In this document: positions 33,780 through 49,128 of the stretch, in pieces
Layout of the letters: every line of letters starts with the position of its first letter
How positions within the stretch are numbered: position 1 is the stretch's first letter
From: Eledone cirrhosa
Lineage: Eukaryota
DNA length: 64,000 bases
Direction of reading: 5' to 3'
Assembly: GCA_964016885.1 (NCBI GenBank)
Contig: OZ024744.1
Location: 44,392,001-44,456,000, forward strand
The notes under the pieces: model-generated
The model's input: the letters and a program-made list of their open reading frames with translations, nothing else
Databases searched by the model: none
What the model was told of the DNA's origin: nothing
Position numbers and translations under genes: made by a program

Positions 33780-34145
33780 ATCTCCACACGTTCAAAAATC
33801 ACAATCTAGCCAACTCCACTTCTTTATCTAACTACATACACTCTCTGATATCTAGGAATAGAACATATACACTTCAATGGGAGATAGTAGATAGGGCTGC
33901 AGCGTATAAACCACCAAATAAATTATGTAACCTCTGTCATCTAGATCCGAACAATAATCTATTCTAAGCTAGATCTCCTAAATAGAAAATCAGAGGTTTT
34001 TTTCGATGTGCCAGCACTACCACCGACACTCTTTCCATAGCTTTAAACCTAGCTGCGCACTACCACCGACACTCTTTCCATAGCTTTAAACCTAGCTGCG
34101 CACTACCACCGACACTCTTTCCATAGCTTTAAACCTAGCTGCTGA
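33780..34145 (+). mobile_element. Penelope-like GIY-YIG C-terminal fragment ending in a 43-bp triplication (34014-34142)
   Basis: Reads FKNHNLANSTSLSNYIHSL..LQWEIVDRAAAYKPPNKLCNLC, then after a frameshift LLNRKSEVFSMCQH. Confidence 0.75.
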
Positions 34146-34474
34146 TATATAACAATGTCAGATCTGAATTCCTCACCACTATTAACACTTCACCTCTAGG
34201 TCTTATCAGGATATTAGTACCCCCACAGCATCACACTATGTGATCAGCTCATCACTCTACCTAACTTCTTTTTCTCTGAAACTTTATACTATACAATAAC
34301 TATTAGGAATAAACATAAAACTAACACCATTTAATATAACCACTATATCTTGCTTATATTATATTCAGGAATGGATAAATAATAATATGATGAGACACTT
34401 AATGTAGTATAGGAAAATAAATTGTATTTATAATTAAATATATAAATTAATAGCATTATATATATGAGATTCAC

Positions 34475-34665
34475 GGTGAGGGCGGTGAATTGGCATTTTT
34501 CGGTAGAGGGTTGGACGCCATACTTTCTAGCATAGTTACGTCCCTTTACAGTCTGAGTTCAAATCCCGCCGAGGTTAACTTTGCCTTTCATCCTTACGGG
34601 GTCGATAAAATAAAGTACCAGTAATACACTGGGTAATTGCTGGCCTTGTGCCAAACGTAGAAACA
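34475..34665 (+). mobile_element. Full-length tRNA-derived SINE with a 20-bp TSD
   Basis: TSD attatatatatgagattcac at 34455-34474 and 34666-34685. A and B boxes are present. Confidence 0.9.
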
Positions 34666-34702
34666 ATTATATATATGAGATTCACTTATAACATAATATA
34701 AT

Positions 34703-34748
34703 TGTCTACTTTTTGGCACAAGGCCAGCAATTACCCAGTGCATTACTG
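34703..34748 (-). mobile_element. 5'-truncated SINE with a 13-bp TSD
   Basis: TSD aacataatataat at 34690-34702 and 34749-34761. Confidence 0.8.
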
Positions 34749-35804
34749 AACATAATATAATGTATATTAATAGAAAAAGATATTTAACTAATTAGACCTG
34801 TAAACAACTATACATTCTTACCCATTTCCTATACATTACATATACTTTATTCTGTAATGGATAGATAACACTATAATGGGACCTTTAATGTAAAATAGAT
34901 TATATTTAAAATTAAACACAAACAAATAGCATTATATAAAAGGGATTCACTTATAGCACAATATAATGTATAGCAACACAAAGAATTTTAACTAATTGGA
35001 GCTGTAAACAACTTTACATTTTTCTAAATTCATTTACAATGTAATCGCTAGTTACCTCCCCTTTCGTATTAGCTCCCCTTAATATAGATCAAACTCACTT
35101 CCGGAAATTAAACCGTTAGAGGAACCACTCAACAACAACTCGAACCCCGAATAACAATATAATAGGACCGGTGTACAATCCATGGCTGTGACTGATTAAG
35201 AACATTCACTAAAATAAAACATAGCCAATGTAATGGAAAAGATAGCAATAACATTGATACTCTCAGCACATATACATTTGAACATTACAGAAACAATAAT
35301 CACACTACATACACCATAAACTAATAATTTTAATACAAAAACAACTTTGCCTGCTTGTAAACATAGGTTGTTTTATGTGATACCTTTGCCTCGCAGAAAT
35401 TATATATGCCTAGTACCATTGCTTGTTTCTTTCCTGTATATGCCTATTGCATTTACACTCTCTATACGCTTGCATATGTACTGTTATTGTCCTTGTCTAA
35501 CGAGTAACTTTCTACCTTAATGTCTCTAATTGTTATACTAATCTCTGTCGCAGTTTAACTTTTAATTTTGGATTTTAATTATTGTACAATTTTCTTGAAA
35601 TCTATGTCGCATTCATTCCACTCTGTAAGTACGCAACTATTGTTGACAACATTAATATCCATGTATCTATATGACTGTTCAGTTGAATAGGAGGTTAATT
35701 ATATGTACAAACAATGTTAATGCTCCGATGATTCCAAACGATAATTTGGAAGAAATGATTGTCAGCAATAAAAGGATTTGAACATAGCTTTGATTATTGT
35801 GTAA

Positions 35805-35868
<64 letters not shown>

Positions 35869-35886
35869 TTACACAATAATCAAAGC

Positions 35887-35917
<31 letters not shown>

Positions 35918-35939
35918 GCGATGAATACATGAATGTATG

Positions 35940-36216
35940 TATAGTATATTTGGTAATATACCGTATGTTTAATTAAAAACATTTAGAAGACCTTGCGCTA
36001 TCGGTTTTAAAGTAGAGACTATGTCACTTCTTTTCGGCGAAAGAAGGGAGAGAAGTTGACAGTCTGTTTCACGCTGGTTGGCGTTCATCAGAGCCACGCA
36101 CGCTCCTGCTTCCGCCGAAAAGAAGTAAGTGACATAGTCACTACTTTAAAACTGATAGCGTATGGTCTTCTAAATGTTTCTAATTAAATATATGGTATAT
36201 TGCCAAATAAACTATA
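35940..36216. mobile_element. Foldback/MITE-like element with ~100-bp inverted arms and an HHR in the loop
   Basis: Arms 35940-~36045 and ~36105-36216 are reverse complements. Loop on - (36054-36095): ggct-CTGATGA-acgc/gcgt-GAAA-cagactg-TC-aact. Confidence 0.75.
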
Positions 36217-36398
36217 ATTGTTTCTACTTTAGGCACAAGGCCAGCAATTACCCAGTGCATTACTGGTACTTTATTTTATCGACCCCGTAAGGATGAAAGG
36301 CAAAGTCAACCTCGGCGGGATTTGAACCCAGATCGTAAAGGGACGTAACTATGCTGGAAAGCATGGCGTCCGACCCTCTACCGATACTGCCAATCCAC
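36217..36398 (-). mobile_element. tRNA-derived SINE (OK-like)
   Basis: Near-identical to the other copies. Confidence 0.88.
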
Positions 36399-36421
36399 AC
36401 ATTCATATATGTATATGTATA

Positions 36422-36457
<36 letters not shown>

Positions 36458-36693
36458 TTGGCTAGAGATTTAAAGAAGCTGGTTTGAGACCTTTACTTCC
36501 CTCCGAAGAAGAGATATTATCTAAAAAATTAAGGACATTTAAATAAATTCAAGGTGAAAGACGAATTCACATCAATATCTTTCACTATTGCATTCTTTTT
36601 TCTATGTCCATACCTGCATTGTCTTGGCCTTATTACACATATTCAAACGTTTATACCTCATTACACAATGCTTCAAGTGAACTATAACCTCCT

Positions 36694-36751
<58 letters not shown>

Positions 36752-36864
36752 AATTAATATATCTAGTAACATATATATACACACAGATGCATACCAATGC
36801 TAGCAAATACATAGGTTTTGTCTTAGTAACTTTGTGGTTCAATGCATGGGGTTGCAGAACAATA

Positions 36865-37984
<1,120 letters not shown>

Positions 37985-37999
37985 ATGTATATAAATATA

Positions 38000-38092
<93 letters not shown>

Positions 38093-38425
38093 ATAAATTA
38101 ACGGAGCCATAGACTCTCGCTGTTCCCTGTCAATAATGTGCTCAAAGGAGAAGAAATCATGAGCTCTTTAAAATACAATATGTTGAAAAGGTAACACACT
38201 AGAGATAGATACAGTGCGCTATCAATAAATCAGGGAAAAACCACCTCTGAAAGGCAGAGTAGACACACGACAATTAAAAATATTAATTAAAGTGTAAATA
38301 CATACCTCTATAACTATATAGCACACGTACTAAACCAAAGAGATCTGTTTCGCCAGTAAGTTGTTGACAGAAATGAAATAACCCATGGTTCATCCGACTG
38401 TGTAAGCGCCCTGTATCTCTCTCTA

Positions 38426-38479
<54 letters not shown>

Positions 38480-38925
38480 GAAAATAAACCGAGAAACGAG
38501 ACTGTCCATCATCAGTGGTCTGCTGACTATCATTGGTATTTCTTTGCATTAAAGACCAGATACCTCAAAATCAGTGCGAGCGATAACTAAAATAAGTTAT
38601 CGGGACAGAGCGAATTGGAAGGGGAAAGTGAACAAACAACATGGTAGTAATGCAACGTAAAGAGAGGAAAATAGAGACAAGTCAATGAATCTTGTGGACT
38701 TAAGTCCGAACAAATCAATCGACGAGAAGAAGCAGACACGTCCGAACCACCCGAAAAGTGAGAGAGAAAAGGATTTCACACAGGTCAGACGGGAGGAAGT
38801 GAGAGAGGGGGAGTAGCAGAGAGTGAATGAGTGAAAGTGTGAGGAAGAGGCCAACCGAGGGGGTGAAATAAAGCAAGACTTACAAGGAGAGAGAAGGGGG
38901 AATATATATATACATATATATATAT

Positions 38926-39304
38926 ATGACCAAGAGACTCACTCAGATGGTGGATGGGTGCTACACGAGAATGCTGAGGATGGCTCTGAACATTAATCAG
39001 TATACACTGAGGATGAAAAACTCAGAGCTGTATGGGAGCATCCCAAAAGTCAGCTCAAAAGTGACACAGAGGAGACTGAGGTTGGCTGGACATGCTCACC
39101 GACATCCAGAGTTGACATTGCACTCAGTGCTCCTTTGGGAGCCCCTACATGGACACACTAGAAGAGGAAGACCAAGGTTAACATATGTTGATGCCCTAAG
39201 GACAGACACTGGTCTGTTGGAGATGCAGGATATGGCAGCGATAATGAGGGACAGAGACCGCTGGAGAGAACTCGTCCATGGATCTCGGGAATTTTACCCG
39301 CCTT

Positions 39305-39306
<2 letters not shown>
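38926..39306 (+). mobile_element. 3' fragment of an RTE-clade LINE ORF
   Basis: DGCYTRMLRMALNI..RRLRLAGH..LWEP..RRGRP..DRDRWR is typical of the RTE C-terminus. Flanked by (TA)n. Confidence 0.85.
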
Positions 39307-39397
<91 letters not shown>

Positions 39398-39407
39398 TAT
39401 ATATATT

Positions 39408-39483
<76 letters not shown>

Positions 39484-40466
39484 ACTTAAAACAATGAAAT
39501 AAAAAATCAAGTCATTAGAGATATACATCTATACTTCACTGCGTTACGATCGTTTCTAGATGATGATAATACATTGTAGCTATACTCAGTTATTGATCTA
39601 TGTAATGTTAGTTACAAACTATCAGAAAAAGAGAATATTTACTTACATGCATATCACCAGTTGTTTTCAAAAGCAATAATAATTTTATTCAATAATAATT
39701 TTATTCAGAATTAGTAGTATGTTAGTATCATGTCCTTATTTGGAGATCGTTGAAGAACTAACGAATCAAATCGTTTTTTCCATATGGTGTTAAGATAAAA
39801 AGTAATACACTTTAGTTGAGGTCATGACCATTTGAAAGGAATGGTTGAATGGTGTTAATAGTAGAATTGGCATAAAAATCCATTAGGAAGAAAGGGATTG
39901 TCAAACTGATAGTTGAATGTATCTGGTATAGTGAATTTAAAAGGAACGTCAAAATAATTGGTGATTAGTGTTGTATTGAGTTTTAAGGTGAATATAAATT
40001 AATGTTATGGCTAGGAAAGATAGTATATTAAAAGATGAAAATTATAATAAGTTAATGAAATACAGTAATGCGTTAATATACAACTTAACCAACACAATAT
40101 AGTACTGTGTGGTAAATTGCATTTAGTATAATATAGCATATGATACGTTCTAAAATACTATCAAGTATGTTTATGCATAAATAATCAAACCCAAATAAAT
40201 ACATGTTGGCATAGTTAAAAAACATAAATTTCATAGATTACAAAGTGCATATACCCACACTATATAGAGAGAGGTACAGTTATATTGACATCCAACCAAA
40301 ATTATACATACGTACAAATAGATGCAAATCTAAATACACATTTACACGTATGCATATAATCATATACATACATATCCATACATATCTATATCCACACATA
40401 CACATCTATACCCATATATATACATATATATATACACACACACTCATACATACATATATATATATG

Positions 40467-40507
<41 letters not shown>

Positions 40508-40966
40508 ACATATATATACACATGTGTGAGTATATGTACACTCCTCATACATGTGCAAATACTCATATATAAACACTCATACACATATACTCACATATAC
40601 ACACACACACAAACACACACATATATATATACATTTGATATATTGTTTTTGTTTATGCCACGAAACTACGTAGTCGAGGAATTTAGGAACAGTTTAGGTA
40701 TGATACATTTTATTACTAATTATATCTAAATGTTTCTTCTCTCTTCATAATGTACATATATATATATATATATACATACAAACACGTACACATACATATA
40801 CAAGTATATATATATACACATATACACATACGTAAATACATATACACACACATATATATATATATATATATACACACACATAAATATATTTCCATATCAT
40901 ACATAGATATATATTTACTCATGCAATTACGGGTGGTTGTGTACCTTGTTGCCTTTAGTCATTAAC

Positions 40967-41574
40967 GCATAAATCTAAGGAACCTAAAACATTAAAAGGC
41001 AAAGAATAAGCATGAATGCATATAATTAGGGGAAAGAGGTACTAATAAATGTTACTCTATATGGAATTATAGTGAGTTGCTATTTAGAATATTTAATTAG
41101 GTTTATAGTATTTAATTAGGTTTATAGTATTTAAATGTTTTTCGTATACGGTGATTACAAACTATGATCAATTCCTATCTTTTATTTAATAAATCGTCCT
41201 TAGATTTAGTAATTTCCAAGATCTCATCTGAACATAATCTGCATTCCCTCCTGTTTCCAAGATATGGAGTTCTTTGTAGAATGGTGTTCCACGATAACTT
41301 GAAATCTATTTTTTTCTTTTTATAATTATTTACCGCTTCAGCTAAAGATGTGGTGTTAGCTAGTTTAGTATTGTTGAAACTACTAGAGTGTGCGTAAAAT
41401 CTTTTCTTAAATGTGTTTGATGTAGATCCTATATATGTTTTGTTGGAGTCTGTAGTAGACACAGTGCATTTATATATTACATTATTAATCAAACAGTTTC
41501 CATTTAAGGGGCAAATGCTTCTATTTCTGCAATTACAGCCATGCGTAAGATGGTTATTGGGGGTGCCTATACTA
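40967..41574 (-). mobile_element. Inverted copy of the GIY-YIG PLE fragment at 25389-25996
   Basis: Reverse-complement near-identity. It keeps TGG where the + copy has TAG. Confidence 0.9.
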
Positions 41575-42234
41575 AACAAACTTTTGAACAGCAAAATTGA
41601 ACGTTCTCTATATTGTAACCATCGTTTGAAAACGACTTTTTCTTTTTTTAAATGCATATAATGTTACCTTTTTACACCAACGTTTGCAAATTTCTGTCTT
41701 ATATGTTTATACACTAGATATGGCTTTCTATAATAATAGTACTAAACACTGTTTTTCTGGACCCCTTTAGAAATTACCTGCTACTATAATAGCCCTAATA
41801 ACTTGTCTGTGACACTGTACTACTTTGACCCCTCTAACTAAATTTTGTCCGAACAACACCACTAGAAGAATCTACTTCCCAGCCAACCTTAGCACGCCTC
41901 ATTAAGCTAACTGCTGCCAAAACATTCTCTCTTCACAATCTTTACTAGTCTGACAGTCTTAAACCCTAAGACTCCCTCCACCTTACTCACTTCCCTCTTC
42001 CCCTTCTCTTCCTACCTCCTTCTTTATCTTTTATCTAGTGTATAAAATATTTTCATATCATTCTAATACAAAGGTCTGATGACATGGTGTGTTGGCTTAC
42101 AGTGTACTTTCGGTTTTTGATAATATTTGTGTATTATTCAAGTAGCGAGGTATAGGTAACTCATACACTATAGAAACAATTGTTACCTAATAAATTCTAT
42201 ATACCCGCATTTCCATTTCGTAAATTTTTTCTCC

Positions 42235-42235
<1 letters not shown>
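41575..42235 (+). mobile_element. 3' end of another Penelope-like element
   Basis: LLNSKIERSLYCNHR C-terminal motif, followed by a degenerate CTGATGA at ~42076. Confidence 0.55.
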
Positions 42236-42303
<68 letters not shown>

Positions 42304-42603
42304 TATATAATATCAGGTGTGTGGGTGATACATACGAGAAGCCTGTCTCTTCGCTCAGTACGCTTGATGTTAATAGTAAATAAAAACATCAGTGCCACCA
42401 CTACCTCCCACAATAATTTTACCTTTGTTAAGCGTGGACATTTTGTTCGTTTCAAAGTATTATAATTAACAGACTATATCATTATATACAGAATAAGCTT
42501 CGTCCTTAGTGGCTAATAAAGAACTTTATACAGAATATATTGTATACATGATTCAGTACATCCCCATAACTTAGGTACAATGGCACCTTCTCCAGAGGTA
42601 ACC

Positions 42604-42972
42604 TGTTGTAGTCCAAGGTAGCAGTCCCAGATTTTATTGGCCGACAAGCCGAGGATCGCAACTTGTGGAAGTATCGGTTGCTCTCTCATAAGTTTGTTGT
42701 CAAACCTGTAGCAGTTGAGACTTCTGGTGTTCTTGGATCTCCTGACCATCTCCCTATTTCCTGCTATCACGGCTGAGTTACCCAACCTCATGCATAAACC
42801 TCGCCGCCAGTTGGAATGTTCTTTTAATGTTGCCTCCTTCACCACCCTCCAGGGTCACGTTTTCTCTGTTCTCCTCTGTTAGGACCACAAAGTGGCCTGT
42901 ACATGGGCTCCCACACTTCCACACACTGCTCGGGCCCATATCACTGGGGTATCGATGTTGAATTGTACTACA
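42604..42972 (-). mobile_element. Solo LTR, duplicate of 24293-24661
   Basis: Reverse complement with TSD TAACC on both sides. Confidence 0.8.
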
Positions 42973-43042
42973 TAACCATACAATTACCTAACTATCAAAT
43001 CCTTTCCTTTAAAATTGCAGAAAATAAGAAAAGACAACAACA

Positions 43043-43290
43043 TTTCATTATCCATTAATCAGTATTTTATTTCATTATCCATTAATCAGTATTTTATTTC
43101 ATTATCCATTAATCAGTATTTTATTTCATTATCCATTAATCAGTATTTTATTTCATTATCCATTAATCAGTATTTTATTTCATTATCCATTAATCAGTAT
43201 TTTATTTCATTATCCATTAATCAGTATTTTATTTCATTATCCATTAATCAATATTTTATTTCATTATCAATTAATCAATATTTTATGTAA
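43043..43290 (-). repeat. 27-bp AATAAA-containing repeat in the 3' UTR of copy B
   Basis: Reverse complement of 23975-24222. Confidence 0.9.
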
Positions 43291-43322
43291 TAAAATCCCC
43301 AAGACTTCAACAATACCATATG

Positions 43323-43481
43323 TCAGGTTTCAAGGTGATTATCTATCCATCTTCGGAAATAGGCGACATTACTAAAGGCACTGATTTCATGGTTGCATTT
43401 ATTACCGAAAGATGTCACTCCAGCCAACACCTTTTGTCCAGTTATTTTACTGGGACAGTACAAAGGTCCACCAGAATCTCC
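43323..43481 (-). CDS. S1 serine protease, last exon (copy B)
   Basis: GDSGGP...VTSFGNKCNHE...HLET*. One substitution vs copy A (I>N). Acceptor intact. Confidence 0.93.
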   Translation of the reverse strand, partial: GDSGGPLYCPSKITGQKVLAGVTSFGNKCNHEISAFSNVAYFRRWIDNHLET

Positions 43482-43539
43482 CTGGAATTATCAAAGAAAA
43501 ACAACAATGAAAAGATATAGGTACACCCAGGAACAGCGC

Positions 43540-43912
43540 TACAATTAAAGTCCAACTAGGCAGCTATTTAGGGCACAGACCTAAAAGTGGCTCATTACAG
43601 ATCCTAAAAGCTCCGAAAGGTAACCATTTAGGGGAAAGGCCCAATAGGAACTTATTACAGACCCTTAAAGTCCCAAAGAGTAACCATTTAGGGTACAGAC
43701 CTGAGAAGGGTCCATTACAAACCCTTAAAGTCCAACTATATAGCCATCTAAGGCACAGACCTCAGAAGGGTTCATTACAGGCCCATTAAAGTCCTTTTAT
43801 ATAGCTATCTAAGGCACATACCACAGAAGGGTTCATTACAGACCCTTAAAGACCTCTATATAGCCATGTAAGGTACACACTACAGAGAGGTGCATTACAG
43901 AAGTTTAAGGGC
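43540..43912. repeat. 60-bp minisatellite in copy B (~6 copies)
   Basis: Same unit as 22935-23725 with fewer copies. Confidence 0.9.
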
Positions 43913-44024
43913 TAATTTGAAATTGGAATGCCAGGGTCTATGTATTGCATTGATCCATCGAGTGAGTTGTCGTATATGCCTGCATGTGTGTGTTTGTATG
44001 TGGAGTGTATAAGTATATCATTAC

Positions 44025-44170
44025 CTGGCAGGTACTGGCTCCTCCAAATATAAAGTCACCTGCACAAAAGACACCTTCCGCAATAGTCATATTAGATTGT
44101 TTGACACACGTTTTAAAGGGGATTGCCTGAAGTTCAACTTTCTGTAGATCATTTGGAGAACTTTGTTGCC
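44025..44170 (-). CDS. S1 serine protease, penultimate exon (copy B)
   Basis: QQSSPNDLQKV...GGASTCQ. One substitution vs copy A (N>S). Splice sites intact. Confidence 0.93.
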
Positions 44171-44489
44171 CTGGAATAAGAATAGTTTCTTACATGTAAT
44201 CTTTATATAGATACACACAGACACACATCAATAACCATGGTAACAGAAATATATATCAAGCAATAAAGCAATTATGGAAAAGTAACATCGTCTTAACCAC
44301 TTTTAATTTGACCTCTTTCTGAAGAATTTCAGTAGACTTTCGGCTGCTGGCGGGGCTGGGGTATGATATCTGACAAATGAGGTGGCGGGCATATCCTTTG
44401 GATGCTGAAATTCGTTCATTCTTAATAATATGCTTCCAGTTCCTTAGATGACTAACAACACACCCAGGATCTGGGCGCATCTTAAATTC

Positions 44490-44552
44490 TTACTGCCTGA
44501 TGAGGTCATAGCTGTTGAATAATGTCTATCACTGAAATATATATAGCAGCAA
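44490..44552 (+). ncRNA. HHR motif, duplicate of 22290-22352
   Basis: ttactgc-CTGATGA...GAAA-tatata-TA-gcagcaa. Confidence 0.75.
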
Positions 44553-44595
44553 ATGTGAATAAACGGAACTAATTTTACCCTGTTGATTTACACTT

Positions 44596-44658
<63 letters not shown>

Positions 44659-44867
44659 GTGTGTGTGTGTGCGTGCGTGCGTGTGTGTGCATGTGTATGT
44701 GTTTGTGTGTGTGCGTGTGTCCCGGTTTCAATCTGGGGTAACTACAGTAAGTAAGGTACTCAATACATAGCAGAGTATATATATTTAATATAGACATGGC
44801 TTCTACAGCACTACAAACATTTCCTTCGAATGAAACAGTTCTAGTCATCTAGAAGCCATTTCTGTAT

Positions 44868-44908
<41 letters not shown>

Positions 44909-45110
44909 CAGTTGCTGAAAGTCAGTTGATCAAATAATCAACTGACATTTTCGTAAACAGACATAAAGCACTCAACGATTTGTATTCCTTATGATTTTCT
45001 CGGTAAGGTATCAATTGGAGTTTCGAGATAATAAGTGAGGGGCTTAATTTGAACAAATTCATTTTATTATATAATACATATGTTGAAGATGTACGTATTT
45101 AAACCGTCTC

Positions 45111-45227
<117 letters not shown>

Positions 45228-45265
45228 CACACATGTCTATGTATGTATGTGCCTATATAAATATG

Positions 45266-45393
<128 letters not shown>

Positions 45394-45413
45394 GGCACAT
45401 ACATACATAGACA

Positions 45414-45446
<33 letters not shown>

Positions 45447-45732
45447 GTATTAGTATAAACGATAAATAACACCATATATTAATTGAGAAACAACCCAATA
45501 TTTTGTTCATGTATACAGAAGAAATAATATATAAGATCTAGGAATATGTATTTAAAGTTACATCTTATATTTCTGTATATATGTACAAAATATTAACTTG
45601 TTACTCTATTAATATATCCTGTTATCGTTTATATTTATATTATAGATGTTCTGAACAGAAGTTTATTGAACTTTGTACTGAGAAACACTATTGAAGTATA
45701 TCTTATAAGTATTGATTAAACCTAAAATTAGC

Positions 45733-45877
<145 letters not shown>

Positions 45878-47061
45878 GTAATTTCGACGGAAAGGTCCAG
45901 GAAAAAAGAGTGCTCAATGTAGGTTACAGAGCTTAATAGTTATGTAATAAACAATATAAGATAATTATTTCATTTACCAGTGGTTTCTTGAAAGCAAACA
46001 AAATTTGCTTTCAATCATCAGAATGAAAAAATCCTGGTGTATTTATTGACTGGATTTTAAAAACAAAAATATAATCTATATGAAAGTGAGGCTGGAAAAG
46101 GAAGAAGGAAAGGAAAAAGAATAAAAAGTAGATAAACACACATACACACCCACAGACACGCGCGCACACACACATCACCTGGACTCTCCAGGAGATTCCA
46201 ACCAGAATGGTTGCATTTTTTAAGGGTATGTCAATATTTATTTATAAAACTAACCTATATTATATTTTATCTAATGAAAGCGCACCATAGTTTACCTTGG
46301 TGGCCCTTGAAATATGTATAATGAAATAAATATGGTTTTATAAATATAGTTTCCATTTGTTAATATATTTACTCCAATAATTTGTTGAGTGCTTTATATC
46401 AGTTATAAAAATATTTTGCTTGTATCCCCACAAATTAAATATAACCTCTACATATATATATATATATATATATACAAGCAAATGCCTAAATGTTATACAT
46501 ATATATAAAAATAAAAAGGTGAAAGGGGTAAACAAATAGTTGGGAATACGACAAATAATGAATAAATAAATAAATAGATTAAGGTATAAATGTTTATAGC
46601 TGATATAGAGCACTCAACAAGTTCCTGGAGCAAATAATCAATGAAAATAAACATTAAATCACTCTGTATGTAATTATGCATATATCTCCCCTCTCTCTAT
46701 ATAGTATTTTCTCTCTCTTGAGTTTTTCTATCTGTATGATGACTTATTATCTCTCTGTTGCTTTCTTTTGTTTTTCTTATTTCTTCCTTTTTTCTTTCTT
46801 TTTATTTCCTCCTATCTATTTATCTCTTTCTTTTCTACATACATTTCTCTCTCTCTCCGATATTTCTCCAGGTTTTCTTTTTCTCTCTCTCCTTCTTTCT
46901 CTCTCTCCGTCTTTTCTTTCTTTCTCTCCGTCTTTTTCTAATTGTGCTTAACACTATAACTAATAAAACAATAAACATTTCACTATCCAGGCAGCTTCCA
47001 AAAATAATGGTTGCATTTAATAGGGTACGTCAAAATTATTTATAAAACTGTTTATATATTG

Positions 47062-47126
47062 TATTTTGTCTGATGAAGGCATACCATATTTTAATTTGGT
47101 ATCCCTGAAATATGTATAATGAAATA
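47062..47126 (+). ncRNA. HHR in a repeated pLTR-like unit (47005-47245; degenerate copy at 46205-46440)
   Basis: tattttgt-CTGATGA-aggcatacca/tggtatccct-GAAA-tatgta-TA-atgaaata. Confidence 0.8.
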
Positions 47127-47489
47127 AATATGGTTTTATAAATATAGTTTCCATTTATTAATATCGTATATCTACTCCAAAAACTCGTCGAGTGCTTTAT
47201 ATCAGTTATAAAATATTTACTTGTTGTATCCCAACAATTTTAAATAGAACTTTTGCATATATATATATACATATAAGTAAAACAAACAATGAGTGCATGT
47301 ATAATATAGAGTTCAAAATAATGTCTATAATAATTTTTAGTTTGGATATTTTCTCTATATTTGAATCATATATATAGAAATGTGGTAGCTATATTTAAAA
47401 ATATTTAAAAATATATAAAATACAATATATAATTACATATATATTATAATACATTATATTATAAATAAATAAATAAATAAATAAATAAG

Positions 47490-49128
47490 AGATCCAAAGT
47501 ACAGCGAAAAATTCACATTTATATATAAGTTTGAATCCGTCTCAAAATTTAGATTTCATAGTGCAGTAAGTATATTTAAAAGAAATATATGCTATATTAT
47601 ATTATAAATAATAGATAAAAAACTCATTAAAAATTTGGAGTTATAGATAAGTTTCATAAAAATATTTGGATTGGGTATTAAACTAAAATTTAAAAGAGAT
47701 CACAAATGTATTAAAAATTCACAGTTAAATAAATTCCATAAATATGTAAGGATTAGGTATTGTACTAAATTATAGATAGAAATAATGACTTAAAGAAATG
47801 ATGGTGTTGATTAAAGTTAACAAATAATGTTGTGTGTATCAATGTTTAGGCATGCTAATTGAAATATTGTCATTCATTCTAACGTTGTTTTTTCTATAGA
47901 TAGTTATAAAATAAAGCAATATTAAAGGCCATTGATGATTTTTACTGTTGATTATATATTTCTGGTAACCGAGTTGTTATTGGTTCTTTCTTTCTCGTTT
48001 TATGTGAGGCTAAAAAAGTGGACGTAGCTTTATGGAGGCAATTAGAGAATAATTCATTTTTTTTTGTTAATTAGGGTCTCATAATTATTAATAATCAACA
48101 GGGTCTCCATTGTACAGAGCGGGCAGTTATTTGATATACTAGAGTTGCGGTAAATTCCACAGTTCCGAAGTTTTGTCCAAAGAATGGAGTATTCTAGATT
48201 CTTCTCTATTTAAAGACCATATGAGCTGTGATAAAGACGTGGATGATTTCTTCTTAGAGTTCGAGAATGAGCATTTATGGTTCGCGAAATGAAGTTTGAA
48301 TGTGGACGAGGTTGATCCAATGTAATTGTATGTTTTATGGTCAGTTTTTATGGTGCATTTATAAACCAAATTACTATCTAAACAATTATTTTGCAAAGGG
48401 CAATTATTTTTATTTCTACAATTACATTTTGGTTTAGTATCATTAATGTTAACTCTATTATTATGATCATTATGTTGGTTTGGTTTTAGGATTTTGGCGT
48501 TTAATTTGGCGATGTTTTGGGCCATGTTACTGGTTGTAGAATTTGCGAATTTAATGGTATGTCTATTAACAATGGAATGGAATTTATGTTGAGTAGGGAA
48601 AGAGGTGTCAAGAGCTTTAAATAATAGTTATGCAATTGGTGTTTTAACTGCGACCGAAGTAGGGGGTGCGAACCATATGACTGGTTTGGATCTAGTTCGT
48701 ATTCTCGATTTATTTAGCGTATGTGTGTTTGAGTTTATTATTATTAGGAATAATACCGGGGATTGTTATTATCTACATATTCTATATTATTCATATATCC
48801 TGCTCTTTTTAACGCGTTGTTGTAGTATTCAGCATTTTTATCAAATATATCTTTATTAGCTGATATTTTATTAATACGTTTTTGCACACTAATTACTATA
48901 TCTTTTTTTTACAGATCTAGGGTGATTTGAATAGTTACTAACAGAATTTAAGTTTTCATTAGGCTTATGAAAAGGGTAATAGAAGCCAGTGTTTCAGTTA
49001 AAGGTAACGTCAAGGAAATTAACTATTTTGGTACCATTTTCTACTTCTAATTTAAGGTCGTATGTTTTAAAGAATTCTATTATACTTTTCTTAACTTTAT
49101 TTAATTCTATACTGTTATGTTTGACCAC
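47490..49128 (-). mobile_element. Penelope-like element 4: 5'-truncated RT C-terminal half + GIY-YIG, decayed
   Basis: On -: KIVNFLDVTFN, YYPFHKPNE..SNHP, then KCNCRNKNNCPLQNNC..NLVYKC..YIGST (ORF 48139-48525). Confidence 0.88.

Noticed and set aside
34475-34575. tRNA-like A and B boxes
   Set aside because: SINE head with an interrupted cloverleaf, not a tRNA gene.
35784-35889. Short inverted repeats around a (TA)n loop (also 45226-45421)
   Set aside because: Probably microsatellite-associated fold-back repair, with no evidence of function.
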